Part shown: positions 36,878 through 46,300 of the stretch, piece after piece
How the letters are laid out: each line of letters begins with the position of its first letter
Position numbering within the stretch: the stretch's first letter is position 1
NCBI GenBank assembly: GCA_965248305.1
Contig: OZ252099.1
Span: forward strand, 4,977,981-5,041,980
Length of the DNA: 64,000 bases
From: Bryobacterales bacterium
GTDB lineage: Bacteria; Acidobacteriota; Terriglobia; Bryobacterales; UBA6623
Direction of reading: 5' to 3'
Notes under the pieces: generated by a model
Database searches by the model: none
The model's input: only the letters and a program-made list of their open reading frames with translations
Told to the model about the DNA's origin: nothing
Translations under genes and position numbers: made by a program

Positions 36878-38323
36878 ATGAGAGTAATGCCAAAGCATGC
36901 CCAGTGGACTCGGACGCGGCGCGAGCTGCTGCGCGACTCCTGCTGCGGCATGGGCGCCCTAGCCTTTCAAATGATGGCCGGCGCGGAAGCGTTACGGGGT
37001 GGCGCAGTCCAGAACCCCCTCGCTCCGAAGCCGCCGCACATGCCGAACCCGAAGGCCAAAGCGGTCATCTTCCTGTTCATGGCGGGCGGGCCAAGCCACA
37101 TCGAAACCTTCGATCCGAAACCCCTGCTCAACGAGCTGCACGGGCAGCCTCGTCCGGCTGAGTTCGGTGAGGCAAAGTATCAATTCGTCAAGTCAGATGC
37201 CAAGCTGCTGGGCACCAAGCGGACATTCCAGCGCTACGGCGCAGCAGGCATTCCCGTGTCAGACCTGCTTCCGCATACCGCCAGCTGCATTGATGACATC
37301 GCTGTCTTGCGGTCGTGCCACGGCGATATGGTCGTGCACTCGGCGGCCCAGTACGAATTGATGACCGGGCGCATCGTGCCAGGCTTCCCATCGATGGGTT
37401 CGTGGGTGATCTATGGCCTGGGGGCAGAATCAGAATCGCTCCCGTCCTACGTGGTGATGCCCGATCCCGATGGTGCGCTGGAAGCCGGCCAGCCGATGTA
37501 CATGAACGGATTCCTGCCCGCCGTTTACCAGCCCACGACGTTTCGGCCGGGCAACCGGCCGGTGCTGAACCTAGACCTGCCCCAAGGAATCAGTCTTGGC
37601 CAGCGGCGCAAGACCGTTGATCTCATCCAAGAGCTCAATAGGGCCGGTCTGGACCCGGGCAATGACGAGTTCGACGCGCGTATTCGAACCTACGACCTAG
37701 CCTTCAAGATGCAAACGGAGGCACCGGCGGTGTTCGACCTCTCCAACGAAACCGCGGCCACCTTGGAGCTGTACGGCGTCGGCTCCGAACCTACGCACGA
37801 TTACGGCCGCCGCTGTCTGCTGGCACGCCGATTGATCGAGCAAGGCGTGCGGTTTGTCACCGTCGTTTCGGGTGGCGGGCCAGGCGAGTTGCAATGGGAC
37901 GCCCACAAAGACATCGAAGAAAACCACCTCCGCATGGCAGCCCAGACCGACCAGCCGGTGGCGGCCCTGCTCAAGGATCTCAAACGACGTGGCATGCTGG
38001 ACACTACACTCGTGCTGTGGGGCGGCGAATTCGGGCGCTCGCCCGAAGCCGAGACGCGCACGGACGGGAGCGCAGGCCGCGACCATCACAACCTCGGCTT
38101 TTCGATGTGGATGGCCGGAGGCGGGATCAAGGGCGGCCAAGTGGTCGGGGCAACGGATGCAATCGGACTGCGTGCGATCGAGAAGCCGTACCACTTCCGG
38201 GACATCCACACGACGATCCTGCACCAGCTCGGGCTCGACCAATACAAGCTGACCTATCCTCACCTAGGGCGCGACGAGCGCATCACGCAAGTCCACGGCA
38301 ACGTCATCGAAGAGATCGTGTGA
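36878..38323 (+). CDS. DUF1501-family (sulfatase-like) protein with a Tat-type signal
   Basis: TRRELLRDSCCGMGALAF signal; AVIFLFMAGGPSHIETFDPKP; GEFGRSP...GRDHH; GGGIKGGQVVGATD. A paralogue lies at 61601..62989. Confidence 0.8.
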   Translation: MRVMPKHAQWTRTRRELLRDSCCGMGALAFQMMAGAEALRGGAVQNPLAPKPPHMPNPKAKAVIFLFMAGGPSHIETFDPKPLLNELHGQPRPAEFGEAKYQFVKSDAKLLGTKRTFQRYGAAGIPVSDLLPHTASCIDDIAVLRSCHGDMVVHSAAQYELMTGRIVPGFPSMGSWVIYGLGAESESLPSYVVMPDPDGALEAGQPMYMNGFLPAVYQPTTFRPGNRPVLNLDLPQGISLGQRRKTVDLIQELNRAGLDPGNDEFDARIRTYDLAFKMQTEAPAVFDLSNETAATLELYGVGSEPTHDYGRRCLLARRLIEQGVRFVTVVSGGGPGELQWDAHKDIEENHLRMAAQTDQPVAALLKDLKRRGMLDTTLVLWGGEFGRSPEAETRTDGSAGRDHHNLGFSMWMAGGGIKGGQVVGATDAIGLRAIEKPYHFRDIHTTILHQLGLDQYKLTYPHLGRDERITQVHGNVIEEIV

Positions 38324-38356
38324 GCCTAGAAATTCGATCGCGATAGACTGGGCGCA

Positions 38357-39217
38357 ATGTCCGCCAATTACCAAGCCGAACTCGTCGGCGTCTTCGGCCA
38401 GCCGGTTGCAGAGAACCCGACGGGGGTGATGCAAGAGGCCGGATTCGCAGCCGCAGGCCTCAATTGGCGGTACTTGAATTTCGAAGTTCCTCCCGAGAAG
38501 CTCGGAGCCGCGATGGCTGCGATCGACGTCCTGGGGATGCGCGGCATCAACCTCACGATCCCGCACAAGGTCGCCGTAATCGAGCATCTCGACGAACTGG
38601 CTCCAGAGGCTCGCGCCATCGGCGCAGTCAACACCGTGCGGCTGGAAGGGGGCAAGAAAATCGGCGAAAACACCGATGGCAAGGGCTTCTTGCGGGGAGT
38701 CCGCAACGACGCAGGCATGAACCCGGAGGGCAAGCGCGTAGTCCTGCTCGGTGCCGGCGGTGCCGCCCGGGCGATCGGAACAGAGTTGATTCTGGCGGGC
38801 GTCGCCGACCTTCTGGTGGTCAACCGTTCGCAGCAGCGAGGCACCGGGATGGTCGCTGATCTCAAGGCAGCGACTGGCGGCCCGATCCGATTCGAACAGT
38901 GGAACGGCACCTTTGCCGTGCCGCCGACTTGCGACCTGTTCGTGAACGCCACATCGATCGGCCTCTACCCAGATGTGGATGCCGCACCAGACGTCGATCT
39001 GGCACCCGCACCTGCAGGGATGCTCGTGGCCGATGCAGTGTTCAACCCGCCGGAGACAAGGCTGTTGGCGGCCGCCAAGGCGCGTCGGCTTCCAACTCTC
39101 GACGGGCTATCGATGCTGGTCTACCAAGGCGTGATCGCGTTCGAGATGTGGACTGGGCAGTCCCCGGATGAAGCCGCGATGAAATCGGCCTTGCGGGACG
39201 CGCTCGGCGTGGGCTGA
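38357..39217 (+). CDS. aroE: Shikimate dehydrogenase
   Basis: GINLTIPHKVAVIEHLDEL, AIGAVNTV, NTDGKGF, and the Rossmann motif VVLLGAGGAARAI. Confidence 0.85.
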   Translation: MSANYQAELVGVFGQPVAENPTGVMQEAGFAAAGLNWRYLNFEVPPEKLGAAMAAIDVLGMRGINLTIPHKVAVIEHLDELAPEARAIGAVNTVRLEGGKKIGENTDGKGFLRGVRNDAGMNPEGKRVVLLGAGGAARAIGTELILAGVADLLVVNRSQQRGTGMVADLKAATGGPIRFEQWNGTFAVPPTCDLFVNATSIGLYPDVDAAPDVDLAPAPAGMLVADAVFNPPETRLLAAAKARRLPTLDGLSMLVYQGVIAFEMWTGQSPDEAAMKSALRDALGVG

Positions 39218-39331
39218 ATCAGGCCGCCCCAAAAAGGACGGGCGACCCGAAATGGGCCGCCCGCCGCTGCACAGATGGAGGTTAAGTCCGTTGGGCATCC
39301 CGCAGCAAGGAAACCCGGACATCGTTGGCGG

Positions 39332-39907
39332 CTAGTCGCGATCTCCCCTGCGACCGCCGCGAGCCTGTCTGAAGGGGCCCGTCCCGCGTCCGAAGCCGCC
39401 GGAAGGACCGAACCTTCCGCCGCCGCGTCCGAAAGAGCCCCCTCTGTTGAATTGGTTCCGGCCCGACCGGCCTGCTGAGTCTCGATACCAAGAGCGATCC
39501 GCCCCGAAGCCGCGGTCACCGCGGAAGTGCTCGAACCTCGCCTCGCGGTCCTCGCGCTCGGTTTGGGCCAAGCCCAGCATGGTGGCACCGAGAAGCGCGC
39601 GCATCTGCTCCCGAGTGGCTTCCAGTTCAGCGACCTTGGCCGTCTGGTCTTCCGTCAATACTTGGGCAAGCTCGGCTTGCTGGTCGTCGCGCCAGGCTTG
39701 GATCTCATCCCTGCTCTCACCACGGGGAGGCCGGGCCGACCGGATCTCTCGGACCTGCGTGAGCTGCTCTTCAGAAAGCGCCAGAGCGTCCGTCGCTGCA
39801 TCGATCGACGCCCGTGCGCGCTGGCGCTGGTGCGCCTGCGCGAAGGCCGCAGCCGAAACGACCAAGATCGCGGCAATCGCGACAACCGTGCTCAGCGGAC
39901 GGATCAT
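39332..39907 (-). CDS. Periplasmic Spy/CpxP-family (LTXXQ-motif) protein with an Arg/Gly-rich tail
   Basis: Signal peptide (VVAIAAILVVSAAAFAQA); LSEEQLTQVREI and LTEDQTAKVAEL motifs; C-terminal RGG-type tail (GRGGGRFGPSGGFGRGTGPFRQARGGRRGDRD). Confidence 0.55.
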   Translation of the reverse strand: MIRPLSTVVAIAAILVVSAAAFAQAHQRQRARASIDAATDALALSEEQLTQVREIRSARPPRGESRDEIQAWRDDQQAELAQVLTEDQTAKVAELEATREQMRALLGATMLGLAQTEREDREARFEHFRGDRGFGADRSWYRDSAGRSGRNQFNRGGSFGRGGGRFGPSGGFGRGTGPFRQARGGRRGDRD

Positions 39908-40220
39908 GAGGTCTGCCGGGACTCACTCAGTCGAGGACCTACAAGCAGGTCTGCGAGAGCGGCTCCTGAATGACTAGACGCCCGTGGGCGGATTGCGTCT
40001 CCGAAGCGATGTAAAGACTAGGTCAAATGCATGATTCTCGACCGCAGGAGGTCCCGTCAGGGAGAGGTCTTCGCCAGCGGCCTATGGTGGGTGGACTCTA
40101 AGTGCGCCACGAGATCAAGCCAGCTTCGGTGAGCGGTGGGCAGAGAGACCGTTCTGAACTGGCTGAGTGGCCTCGTGGGTTGCCGGACGTCGTCTCAAGA
40201 TCTCGGTCATCCATAAAGTG

Positions 40221-40249
40221 AAAAAGGGCGGCCCCGGCTGGGACCGCCC
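40221..40249 (-). terminator. Rho-independent terminator downstream of the 40287..40820 gene
   Basis: Minus strand reads GGGCGGTCCC-AGCC-GGGGCCGCCC, a 10-bp stem with one G.U pair and a 4-nt loop, followed directly by TTTTT. It starts about 38 nt after the stop codon. Confidence 0.8.
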
Positions 40250-40286
40250 ACAGGGGCGCGTCTAGCGCGCCTGATCGCTGGACCGC

Positions 40287-40820
40287 TTAGCGTCGGCCGC
40301 GACCGCGGTTGCGCTGCTGGCCCGAATTGCGCGAACCCTGCGACCCGCGTTTGTTGGCCCGCGACGATCTCCCGCTTCGTTGTCCGCCTCGGCTCGTAGC
40401 CGGCCGCCGCCTGCCTTGATTCCCGGCAGAGCGAGCACCCTGCCGTACCCGATTCGGGACATCAACCAGCCCCAGCATCGCGGCTCCGGCATAGGCCTGC
40501 ATGCTCGCCCTGGCTTCAGCCAACTCGACGACCTTGGCCTTCTGCTCATCGGTCAGGACAGCTTCGACCTTGGCCTTCTGCTCGGCCCGCCAGGCGTCGC
40601 GCTCTTCCGAGCTCTGCCCGCGCGGCATCCTTTCGCGACGAATCTCGCGAATCTTGTCGACTTGCTCCTCGGTAAAACCGAAAGCCTCGGTGGCCGCGGC
40701 GACGGGATTGACGCGGCTGCGGTCACGGTCACGTGGACCGTCCTGGGCAAAGGCTGCCACGGCTGCCAGCAGGATGGCGACGATTGTGAAGCTGGCTTGT
40801 TTGGTGTGTTGCATGGTCAT
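40287..40820 (-). CDS. Periplasmic Spy/CpxP-family (LTXXQ-motif) protein, paralogue of 39332..39907
   Basis: ATG at 40820 preceded by AGGAGA. Signal peptide (FTIVAILLAAVAAFAQ); FTEEQVDKIREI and LTDEQKAKVVEL motifs; Arg/Ser/Gly-rich tail (...RGSQGSRNSGQQRNRGRGRR). Confidence 0.55.
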   Translation of the reverse strand: MTMQHTKQASFTIVAILLAAVAAFAQDGPRDRDRSRVNPVAAATEAFGFTEEQVDKIREIRRERMPRGQSSEERDAWRAEQKAKVEAVLTDEQKAKVVELAEARASMQAYAGAAMLGLVDVPNRVRQGARSAGNQGRRRPATSRGGQRSGRSSRANKRGSQGSRNSGQQRNRGRGRR

Positions 40821-40976
40821 GGTGTTCTCCTCTTTTTCTGTTGGCACGCCCCCTTGCGATCCTGTTCGCCGAGTGTCTATCAGTGCCTTTAGCTGAGTAG
40901 ACGTCTCGGATTCGCATCGGTATCGGCGCCCCTGTAAAGAGGTAGTCAAAGATGTTGGAGCCCGTTTCAAACACCT

Positions 40977-41948
40977 CTAGGCCCGAGGCTCGATGCCGTG
41001 AATGACCTCCTTGGCACCGTAGATCGGCCTCCCCTGGCTCTCGAAGTATGTCCGCGTCAAGACTTCTCCGATCAGCCCAGTGCAGAGCAGCTGCAAGCCG
41101 GTGAGCACCAGCACAGAGCCGCCAATCAACAGGGGTCCATGCTCCACCATGATGTGGGTGCCCTGGAGTTTCTTGAACAGCAAAAAGCCGAGCGCTGCAG
41201 CGCCGGTAGCGCCGCAGCCGATCCCCAGCAGGCCAAAGAAGTGCATCGGCCGCGTGAGATAACGCGCTAGGAATGCGACCGTCAGCAAGTCAAACAAGAC
41301 CCTTGTCGTCCGGCCAAGGCCGTAGTGCGACCGGCCCGCTGCGCGCTCATGGATGCCAATCGGCACCTCTGCGATCCGAGCGCCGTGATGGGCCGCAAGC
41401 ACGGGAATGAAGCGGTGCAGATCACCGTACAGCCGCAGCTGCCCCAGCAGTTCCGAGCGATACGCCTTGAAGGTGCCGCCGAAATCACGCAACTCGACGC
41501 CCGTAAGCTTGCGGATCAACCAGTTCGCAACCCGCGACGGTAGCCGACGGGTGAGATACCTGTCATTGCGATCGGCACGCCAACCGTTGACTAGGTCGAA
41601 TCCTTCGTCAACCTTGGCGAGCAGCGACGGAATGTCCTCCGGGGCGTGCTGCAAATCACCGTCCATGGCCACGACGACTTCGCCCGCCGCCGCTTCAAAC
41701 CCAGCTGCCAGAGCAGCGGTCTGACCGGAATTGCGACGCAGGCAGACTGCTTTCAGCCGCGGTTCGTTCGCTGACAGGTTGCGCAGCAAGCGCACGCTAC
41801 CGTCGGTCGAGGCATCGTCCACGATCACGATCTCAAACGAGCGGCCGACTCCCTCGAGGGTCGTCACAATCCGATCGCACAGCGGCAGCAGATTCGGCTC
41901 CTCGTTATGCGCCGGAATCACCACCGAGATCGCAGGACGGCTTTGCAT
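40977..41948 (-). CDS. Family 2 glycosyltransferase (polyprenyl-phosphate sugar transferase, GtrB/ArnC-like)
   Basis: ISVVIPAHNEE, IVIVDDASTDGS, NSGQTAALAAGF, VVAMDGDLQHAPEDI, and two C-terminal TM segments. Confidence 0.8.
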   Translation of the reverse strand: MQSRPAISVVIPAHNEEPNLLPLCDRIVTTLEGVGRSFEIVIVDDASTDGSVRLLRNLSANEPRLKAVCLRRNSGQTAALAAGFEAAAGEVVVAMDGDLQHAPEDIPSLLAKVDEGFDLVNGWRADRNDRYLTRRLPSRVANWLIRKLTGVELRDFGGTFKAYRSELLGQLRLYGDLHRFIPVLAAHHGARIAEVPIGIHERAAGRSHYGLGRTTRVLFDLLTVAFLARYLTRPMHFFGLLGIGCGATGAAALGFLLFKKLQGTHIMVEHGPLLIGGSVLVLTGLQLLCTGLIGEVLTRTYFESQGRPIYGAKEVIHGIEPRA

Positions 41949-41954
41949 GGCGCC

Positions 41955-42524
41955 TCAGAGTAGCATTCGCTCGACCGCGTCGACCGGCAGGCCGACAACG
42001 TTGGTGTAGGAGCCGCTGATGGTATCGACAAACCCCGCGGCCGCGCCCTGGATCCCGTAGGCACCGGCTTTGTCGAGGGGCTCGCCGCTCGACACGTATT
42101 CGTCGATCTCAGAGTCAGCCAAGATCCGGAACGACACGTGGGTCTCCTCACAGACCGAATTGCACCGCTCGCCGTCAAAGACCGCGACTCCGGTCAGCAC
42201 TCGATGGGACCGCCCCGAGAGCCGCTGCAACATGGCCTTGGCCTCTTGCTCATTGCCCGGCTTGCCCAACACGTCAACCCCGAGCACGACAACCGTGTCG
42301 GCACCGAGCGAGCGGCTGCCAGCCCGCCAGGAAGCGCGCGCCTTGCTCGCGGCCAAGCGAACGACATAGTCTTCCGCAGCCTCGCCAGCCCTCATGGTTT
42401 CGTCAACATCCGCCGGACACCTCTCGAAGTCGATTCCGGCGGCGGCGAGCAGGTCTGCCCTGCGCGGCGAGGCCGAAGCCAGTATCAGGGGAGCCTGGCT
42501 CCCGATCAGCCGCGCCGACATCAA
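41955..42524 (-). CDS. maf: Maf-family nucleoside triphosphate pyrophosphatase (septum formation protein)
   Basis: LILASASPRRADLL, GADTVVVL, KAGAYGIQG. 189 aa. Confidence 0.85.
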   Translation of the reverse strand: MMSARLIGSQAPLILASASPRRADLLAAAGIDFERCPADVDETMRAGEAAEDYVVRLAASKARASWRAGSRSLGADTVVVLGVDVLGKPGNEQEAKAMLQRLSGRSHRVLTGVAVFDGERCNSVCEETHVSFRILADSEIDEYVSSGEPLDKAGAYGIQGAAAGFVDTISGSYTNVVGLPVDAVERMLL

Positions 42525-42544
42525 GCGACTGGCCTCGACGCCAT

Positions 42545-43621
42545 CTACCGGTTCAGGTAGCTGGGATCGTTAGCGGCGGCGCCGGACTCACCGGAGTCTG
42601 AGCTGTCTGGGACTGGCGCAGCAGACACGCTGTCCGAGACTTCCTCCGGGCCCGCCGGAAAGCCCTCGGTCAGCCGGTGGACCCTGCCGTTGAACGCAGC
42701 GAGGAAGGCCACCAGATCGTCCTTTTCTTCGTCGGAGAGGCCGAGCGGGCGAACCTCGGGCTGCAGCGGCTCAGGTGCCGAGCCGCCCCGATCGTAGTGA
42801 TCGATGACCTGACGGATGTTCATCAAGCGGCCGTTGTGCATATAGGAATAGCGGCTGAGGGCGTCTCGCAAGCTCTGGGTCTTGTATTTCGTGCCGGCCT
42901 GGCCGTGGCCGTCCCGCTCAGCCACGCCCGTGTAGTGGAGTTGGTGATCGGTCAGCAGGGGGCCGTTGTGACAGCGGATGCACTCCGCCTTGGTGGTGAA
43001 CACCTGCATGCCGCGCTTAGCGCTGGGGGAAAGCGCCTCTGCGTCGCCCGAGAGATAGCGGTCAAGGTCGCTGTCGTATGAGACTAAGGTGCGCTCGAAA
43101 CTCGCGATGGCCTTGGCAACCAGCTCAAAGGTGATTTCCTGTCCCGGAAAGGCTTGGGCGAACGAGCGGACATAGAAGGGATCCGTCCGAAGCCGGGCAA
43201 CCGCCTCTTCGGGGTCCAATGCCATCTCCCGGTGGTTCACCAGCGGCTTGGAAACCTGTTCTTCCAGAGTCTTCACGCGGCCGTCGAAGAACATGCTCTG
43301 CTGCCACCCGACATTGAGCAGCCCCGGGGTCTTGCGCGAAAGCTCGCTCTCATCAAGTCCCCACCCGCGCGACAGGCCGTCCATGAAGTGCAGTTCCCGC
43401 TTGTGGCAGGTGCCGCAGCTGCGACGGCGGCCGCCGGACAGGATCGAGTCGAAGAAGAGCTCTTCGCCAAGGCGAATCTTGGCTTCAGTGGGCGGATTAT
43501 CGGGAGGATATGGCGGCGCGCCCGTGAGCGGTTCCAAGCGCGGCTCGCCGAATGCCAAGCCGATCAGGGCAAGGCCGGCAACTAAGAACGAAAGAGGCTG
43601 ACTCATGCACCGGCACATCAC
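42545..43621 (-). CDS. Di-haem cytochrome c peroxidase (CcpA/MauG family)
   Basis: Two CXXCH sites (CGTCH, CIRCH), a signal peptide, and family motifs FFDGRV, HNGRLMNIRQVIDHY. Confidence 0.85.
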   Translation of the reverse strand: MMCRCMSQPLSFLVAGLALIGLAFGEPRLEPLTGAPPYPPDNPPTEAKIRLGEELFFDSILSGGRRRSCGTCHKRELHFMDGLSRGWGLDESELSRKTPGLLNVGWQQSMFFDGRVKTLEEQVSKPLVNHREMALDPEEAVARLRTDPFYVRSFAQAFPGQEITFELVAKAIASFERTLVSYDSDLDRYLSGDAEALSPSAKRGMQVFTTKAECIRCHNGPLLTDHQLHYTGVAERDGHGQAGTKYKTQSLRDALSRYSYMHNGRLMNIRQVIDHYDRGGSAPEPLQPEVRPLGLSDEEKDDLVAFLAAFNGRVHRLTEGFPAGPEEVSDSVSAAPVPDSSDSGESGAAANDPSYLNR

Positions 43622-43697
43622 GCTGTAATTCTAGCGAGAAGTTGCGCCCGATAAAACGGCTGCCGCTGGATTTATTCGCGGTTTCGCGATGCGGACC

Positions 43698-44261
43698 CTA
43701 GACGGGATGCTGGGTCTGCGCCACCATGATCCGCTTCTGAAAGTCAGCCAACATCGCCTCGTCGAGGCGAACCTGCGTCGGGCGGCGCTCGAGCGTGGTC
43801 ATGCGGTCAATCTTGTCCTGCAGCATCAGCAGCGCATAGAAGAGGTTTTCGGGCCGCGGCGGACAACCGGTCACGTACACGTCCACCGGAACGATCTTGT
43901 CGACGCCCTGCAGAACACCATAGGTGTTGAAGGGGCCGCCAACCGAAGAGCACGCGCCCATCGAGATGCACCATTTCGGCTCGGGCATCTGGTCCCAGAT
44001 GCGCTTCAGCACCGGCGCCATCTTCAGGGACACGGTGCCAGCTACGATCATCAAATCCGACTGGCGCGGGCTTGGCCGAAACACCTCCGCCCCGAATCTG
44101 GCGATGTCAAATCGCGAGGTCGTAGATGCGATCATCTCGATCGCACAACAGGCCAGTCCGAATGTCAGCGGCCAGATGGCTGATTTTCTCGCCCAATTAA
44201 ACACGTAGTCAACGGACGTTGTCATGAAGTTGCGTTCGAACTGATTCTGCAGATATGGCAT
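43698..44261 (-). CDS. nuoB: NADH-quinone oxidoreductase subunit B homologue (solitary)
   Basis: [51 protein letters not shown]. All four N2-cluster Cys are present. ATG at 44261; the longer ORF extension has no homology. Confidence 0.8.
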   Translation of the reverse strand: MPYLQNQFERNFMTTSVDYVFNWARKSAIWPLTFGLACCAIEMIASTTSRFDIARFGAEVFRPSPRQSDLMIVAGTVSLKMAPVLKRIWDQMPEPKWCISMGACSSVGGPFNTYGVLQGVDKIVPVDVYVTGCPPRPENLFYALLMLQDKIDRMTTLERRPTQVRLDEAMLADFQKRIMVAQTQHPV

Positions 44262-44456
44262 GAAAGTTCCGGGAGAGCTCCGATTATAGCGCTTGCAACT
44301 TAGCCGCTGATCGGGCCGCGCTCGGCAACGACCGATCTCGACCGGGGCATTGGTGGCGCGGGTCCACAAGACCACCTGCCGATCAGGCGCCGGACGGTTA
44401 CTCTGAAGGGGCCTTGGCGGCACGGCACCGGCGCACAGGGCCAGGTTTCCTGCTCA

Positions 44457-45053
44457 ATGCAAGACCCGCTTGACCAATCAAGCACCTCCGGCCGGCGGCC
44501 ATCCGCGGCGACCGTCACCTTGATGGCCTTGGCGATCACGGCCTGCGACTTTCCAGTGTTCACCGTGGACGTCGAACCTCCGTTCTCGACCTACGGCAGC
44601 CCTGTGCGGATTGCCGAGGCGGGCAAGGACGGACAGATCGCGCGTTATCGCAGCGTGCCGCGAATCGTGCGCAATGAGCCGGGCTGGAGGCAGGTCCTGT
44701 CCCCGCAGAGCTTTCGCGTCGCGCGCCTCGGAGCAACTGAGATCGCGTTCAGCGGAAAGTACGACGAGTTCTACAAGCCCGGCCTCTACCACTGCGTGGC
44801 GTGCGGCACGGCCGTTTTCGCCTCGGCACAGAAATATGACTCCAAGACCGGCTGGCCGAGTTTCCATGCGCCATTCGCCGGCACCAATGTCACCGTGGAC
44901 TGGGATTTCAGCTGGGGGTTGCGGCGGCGCGCAGCGAGCTGCGCGGTCTGCGGCTCACACCTCGGGCATGTATTCAACGACGGCCCGCCTCCGACCCTGA
45001 GGCGATACTGCATCAACTCGCTGGCGCTCGCGTTCTCGCCAGCGGACGGCTGA
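44457..45053 (+). CDS. msrB: Peptide-methionine (R)-S-oxide reductase
   Basis: YHCVACGTAVF, GWPSF, CAVCGSHLGHVFNDGP, RYCINS. Possible lipobox LAITAC near the N-terminus; the start is uncertain. Confidence 0.8.
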   Translation: MQDPLDQSSTSGRRPSAATVTLMALAITACDFPVFTVDVEPPFSTYGSPVRIAEAGKDGQIARYRSVPRIVRNEPGWRQVLSPQSFRVARLGATEIAFSGKYDEFYKPGLYHCVACGTAVFASAQKYDSKTGWPSFHAPFAGTNVTVDWDFSWGLRRRAASCAVCGSHLGHVFNDGPPPTLRRYCINSLALAFSPADG

Positions 45054-45077
45054 AACCAGCCGCACCGGAGGGTGCCG

Positions 45078-46217
45078 CTACCGCGATGCTCCGCGGGAGA
45101 TGCTTTCGTACCACTTGATATTCCCGGTGCGGGCTCCAATACAGGCCATGTCCAAGTCCCCGTCACCGTCCAAGTCGGCCAAGTCGCAGCCAGCGGCCGA
45201 AATCCCGCCGTCGTCCACCACGTGACGAGTCCAGCCGGATGCGCCTCGCTTGTACACCAGCAGTTGCTGTGGGCCGCCCCGCAGGCCGGCTAGGATCTCG
45301 TCCTCGCCGTCCCCGTCAAAGTCAGCGACGTCCAGCACGTGCCCGTCCTCCAGAGTGTCATCGAGCACCGAGCGGGAAAAGTAGCCTCGCCCCTCACAGC
45401 AATAAACCACGACTTGGTTGCCATGCCATGGTTCGATCGTTGCGATGAAGCGGCCGCGATCCGAAGTGCCGACCCGGACCTCGCTGGCCCCATTCTTGGG
45501 ACGCGGGGCATGCGACCCTTCTACGATTCGCAAGCGGGTCCAGCCCCCCTCGCCGTCCGGACGGAAGCGGTCGACCCCGCCCATCGATGCGGCCAGCACC
45601 GTCGGGCCGTCCCAATCTGCCTCGCGCATGCCATGCACGACGCCATCCAGCCCTGTGGTCACATAGCGGCGCTTCCAGTCCGGGGCCTCGTAGTAGACGA
45701 GGGGCGTGCTGCAATCGAACAGCGGCTTCCGGCAACCGGGTCCCGTGAGCGGCGAATTCAGCAACTCTGGCTGTCCATCGTGGTCGAAGTCCAAGAAGCG
45801 CAACCGATGAGTGGTGGGCAAACGATCGATCTCCTCGGCTTCCCACTCCGCGCCACTGGCAGCGTGGCCGCGCAAGATGTAAACCCGCCCCTCACTGGTT
45901 TCGTCCGTCTGGTCGAAATGAGTGCCAAGCGCAATCTCGGGCGCTCCATCGCCGTCTACATCGGCGACATCGAGCGAGATCATGCGACTCATGCCAGAAA
46001 CGATGGCTCGTCGTTCCCACGTGGGATTCTCGTACCAGTAGAGCGTGTCTGACCGTTGCGAGAGCCCAATCACATCGGGACGTCCATCGGCGTTGAGATC
46101 CACCGCGCGCACCTGGTATCCCGATGCGAGATCGCTTTCGATGACGTGCTCCCGGAACTCCAGATCGGCCGCGGCGATGACCAACGGAAACGCGAGGAGC
46201 AAGGGCAGGCGCAACAT
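45078..46217 (-). CDS. FG-GAP/VCBS-repeat protein (exported)
   Basis: Repeated Ca-binding loops VDLNADGRPDVI, VADVDGDGAPEI, LDFDHDGQPEL, VADFDGDGEDEI, LADLDGDGDLDM. Signal peptide at the ATG 46217 start. Confidence 0.75.
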   Translation of the reverse strand: MLRLPLLLAFPLVIAAADLEFREHVIESDLASGYQVRAVDLNADGRPDVIGLSQRSDTLYWYENPTWERRAIVSGMSRMISLDVADVDGDGAPEIALGTHFDQTDETSEGRVYILRGHAASGAEWEAEEIDRLPTTHRLRFLDFDHDGQPELLNSPLTGPGCRKPLFDCSTPLVYYEAPDWKRRYVTTGLDGVVHGMREADWDGPTVLAASMGGVDRFRPDGEGGWTRLRIVEGSHAPRPKNGASEVRVGTSDRGRFIATIEPWHGNQVVVYCCEGRGYFSRSVLDDTLEDGHVLDVADFDGDGEDEILAGLRGGPQQLLVYKRGASGWTRHVVDDGGISAAGCDLADLDGDGDLDMACIGARTGNIKWYESISRGASR

Positions 46218-46300
46218 GCGCACATCTTCGCACGCCCGCAAGCGGAATCGACCCGGCCCAAAGCCGTTATCGGGCTGATCGCAGCGCTGGAGGCGGAGAA

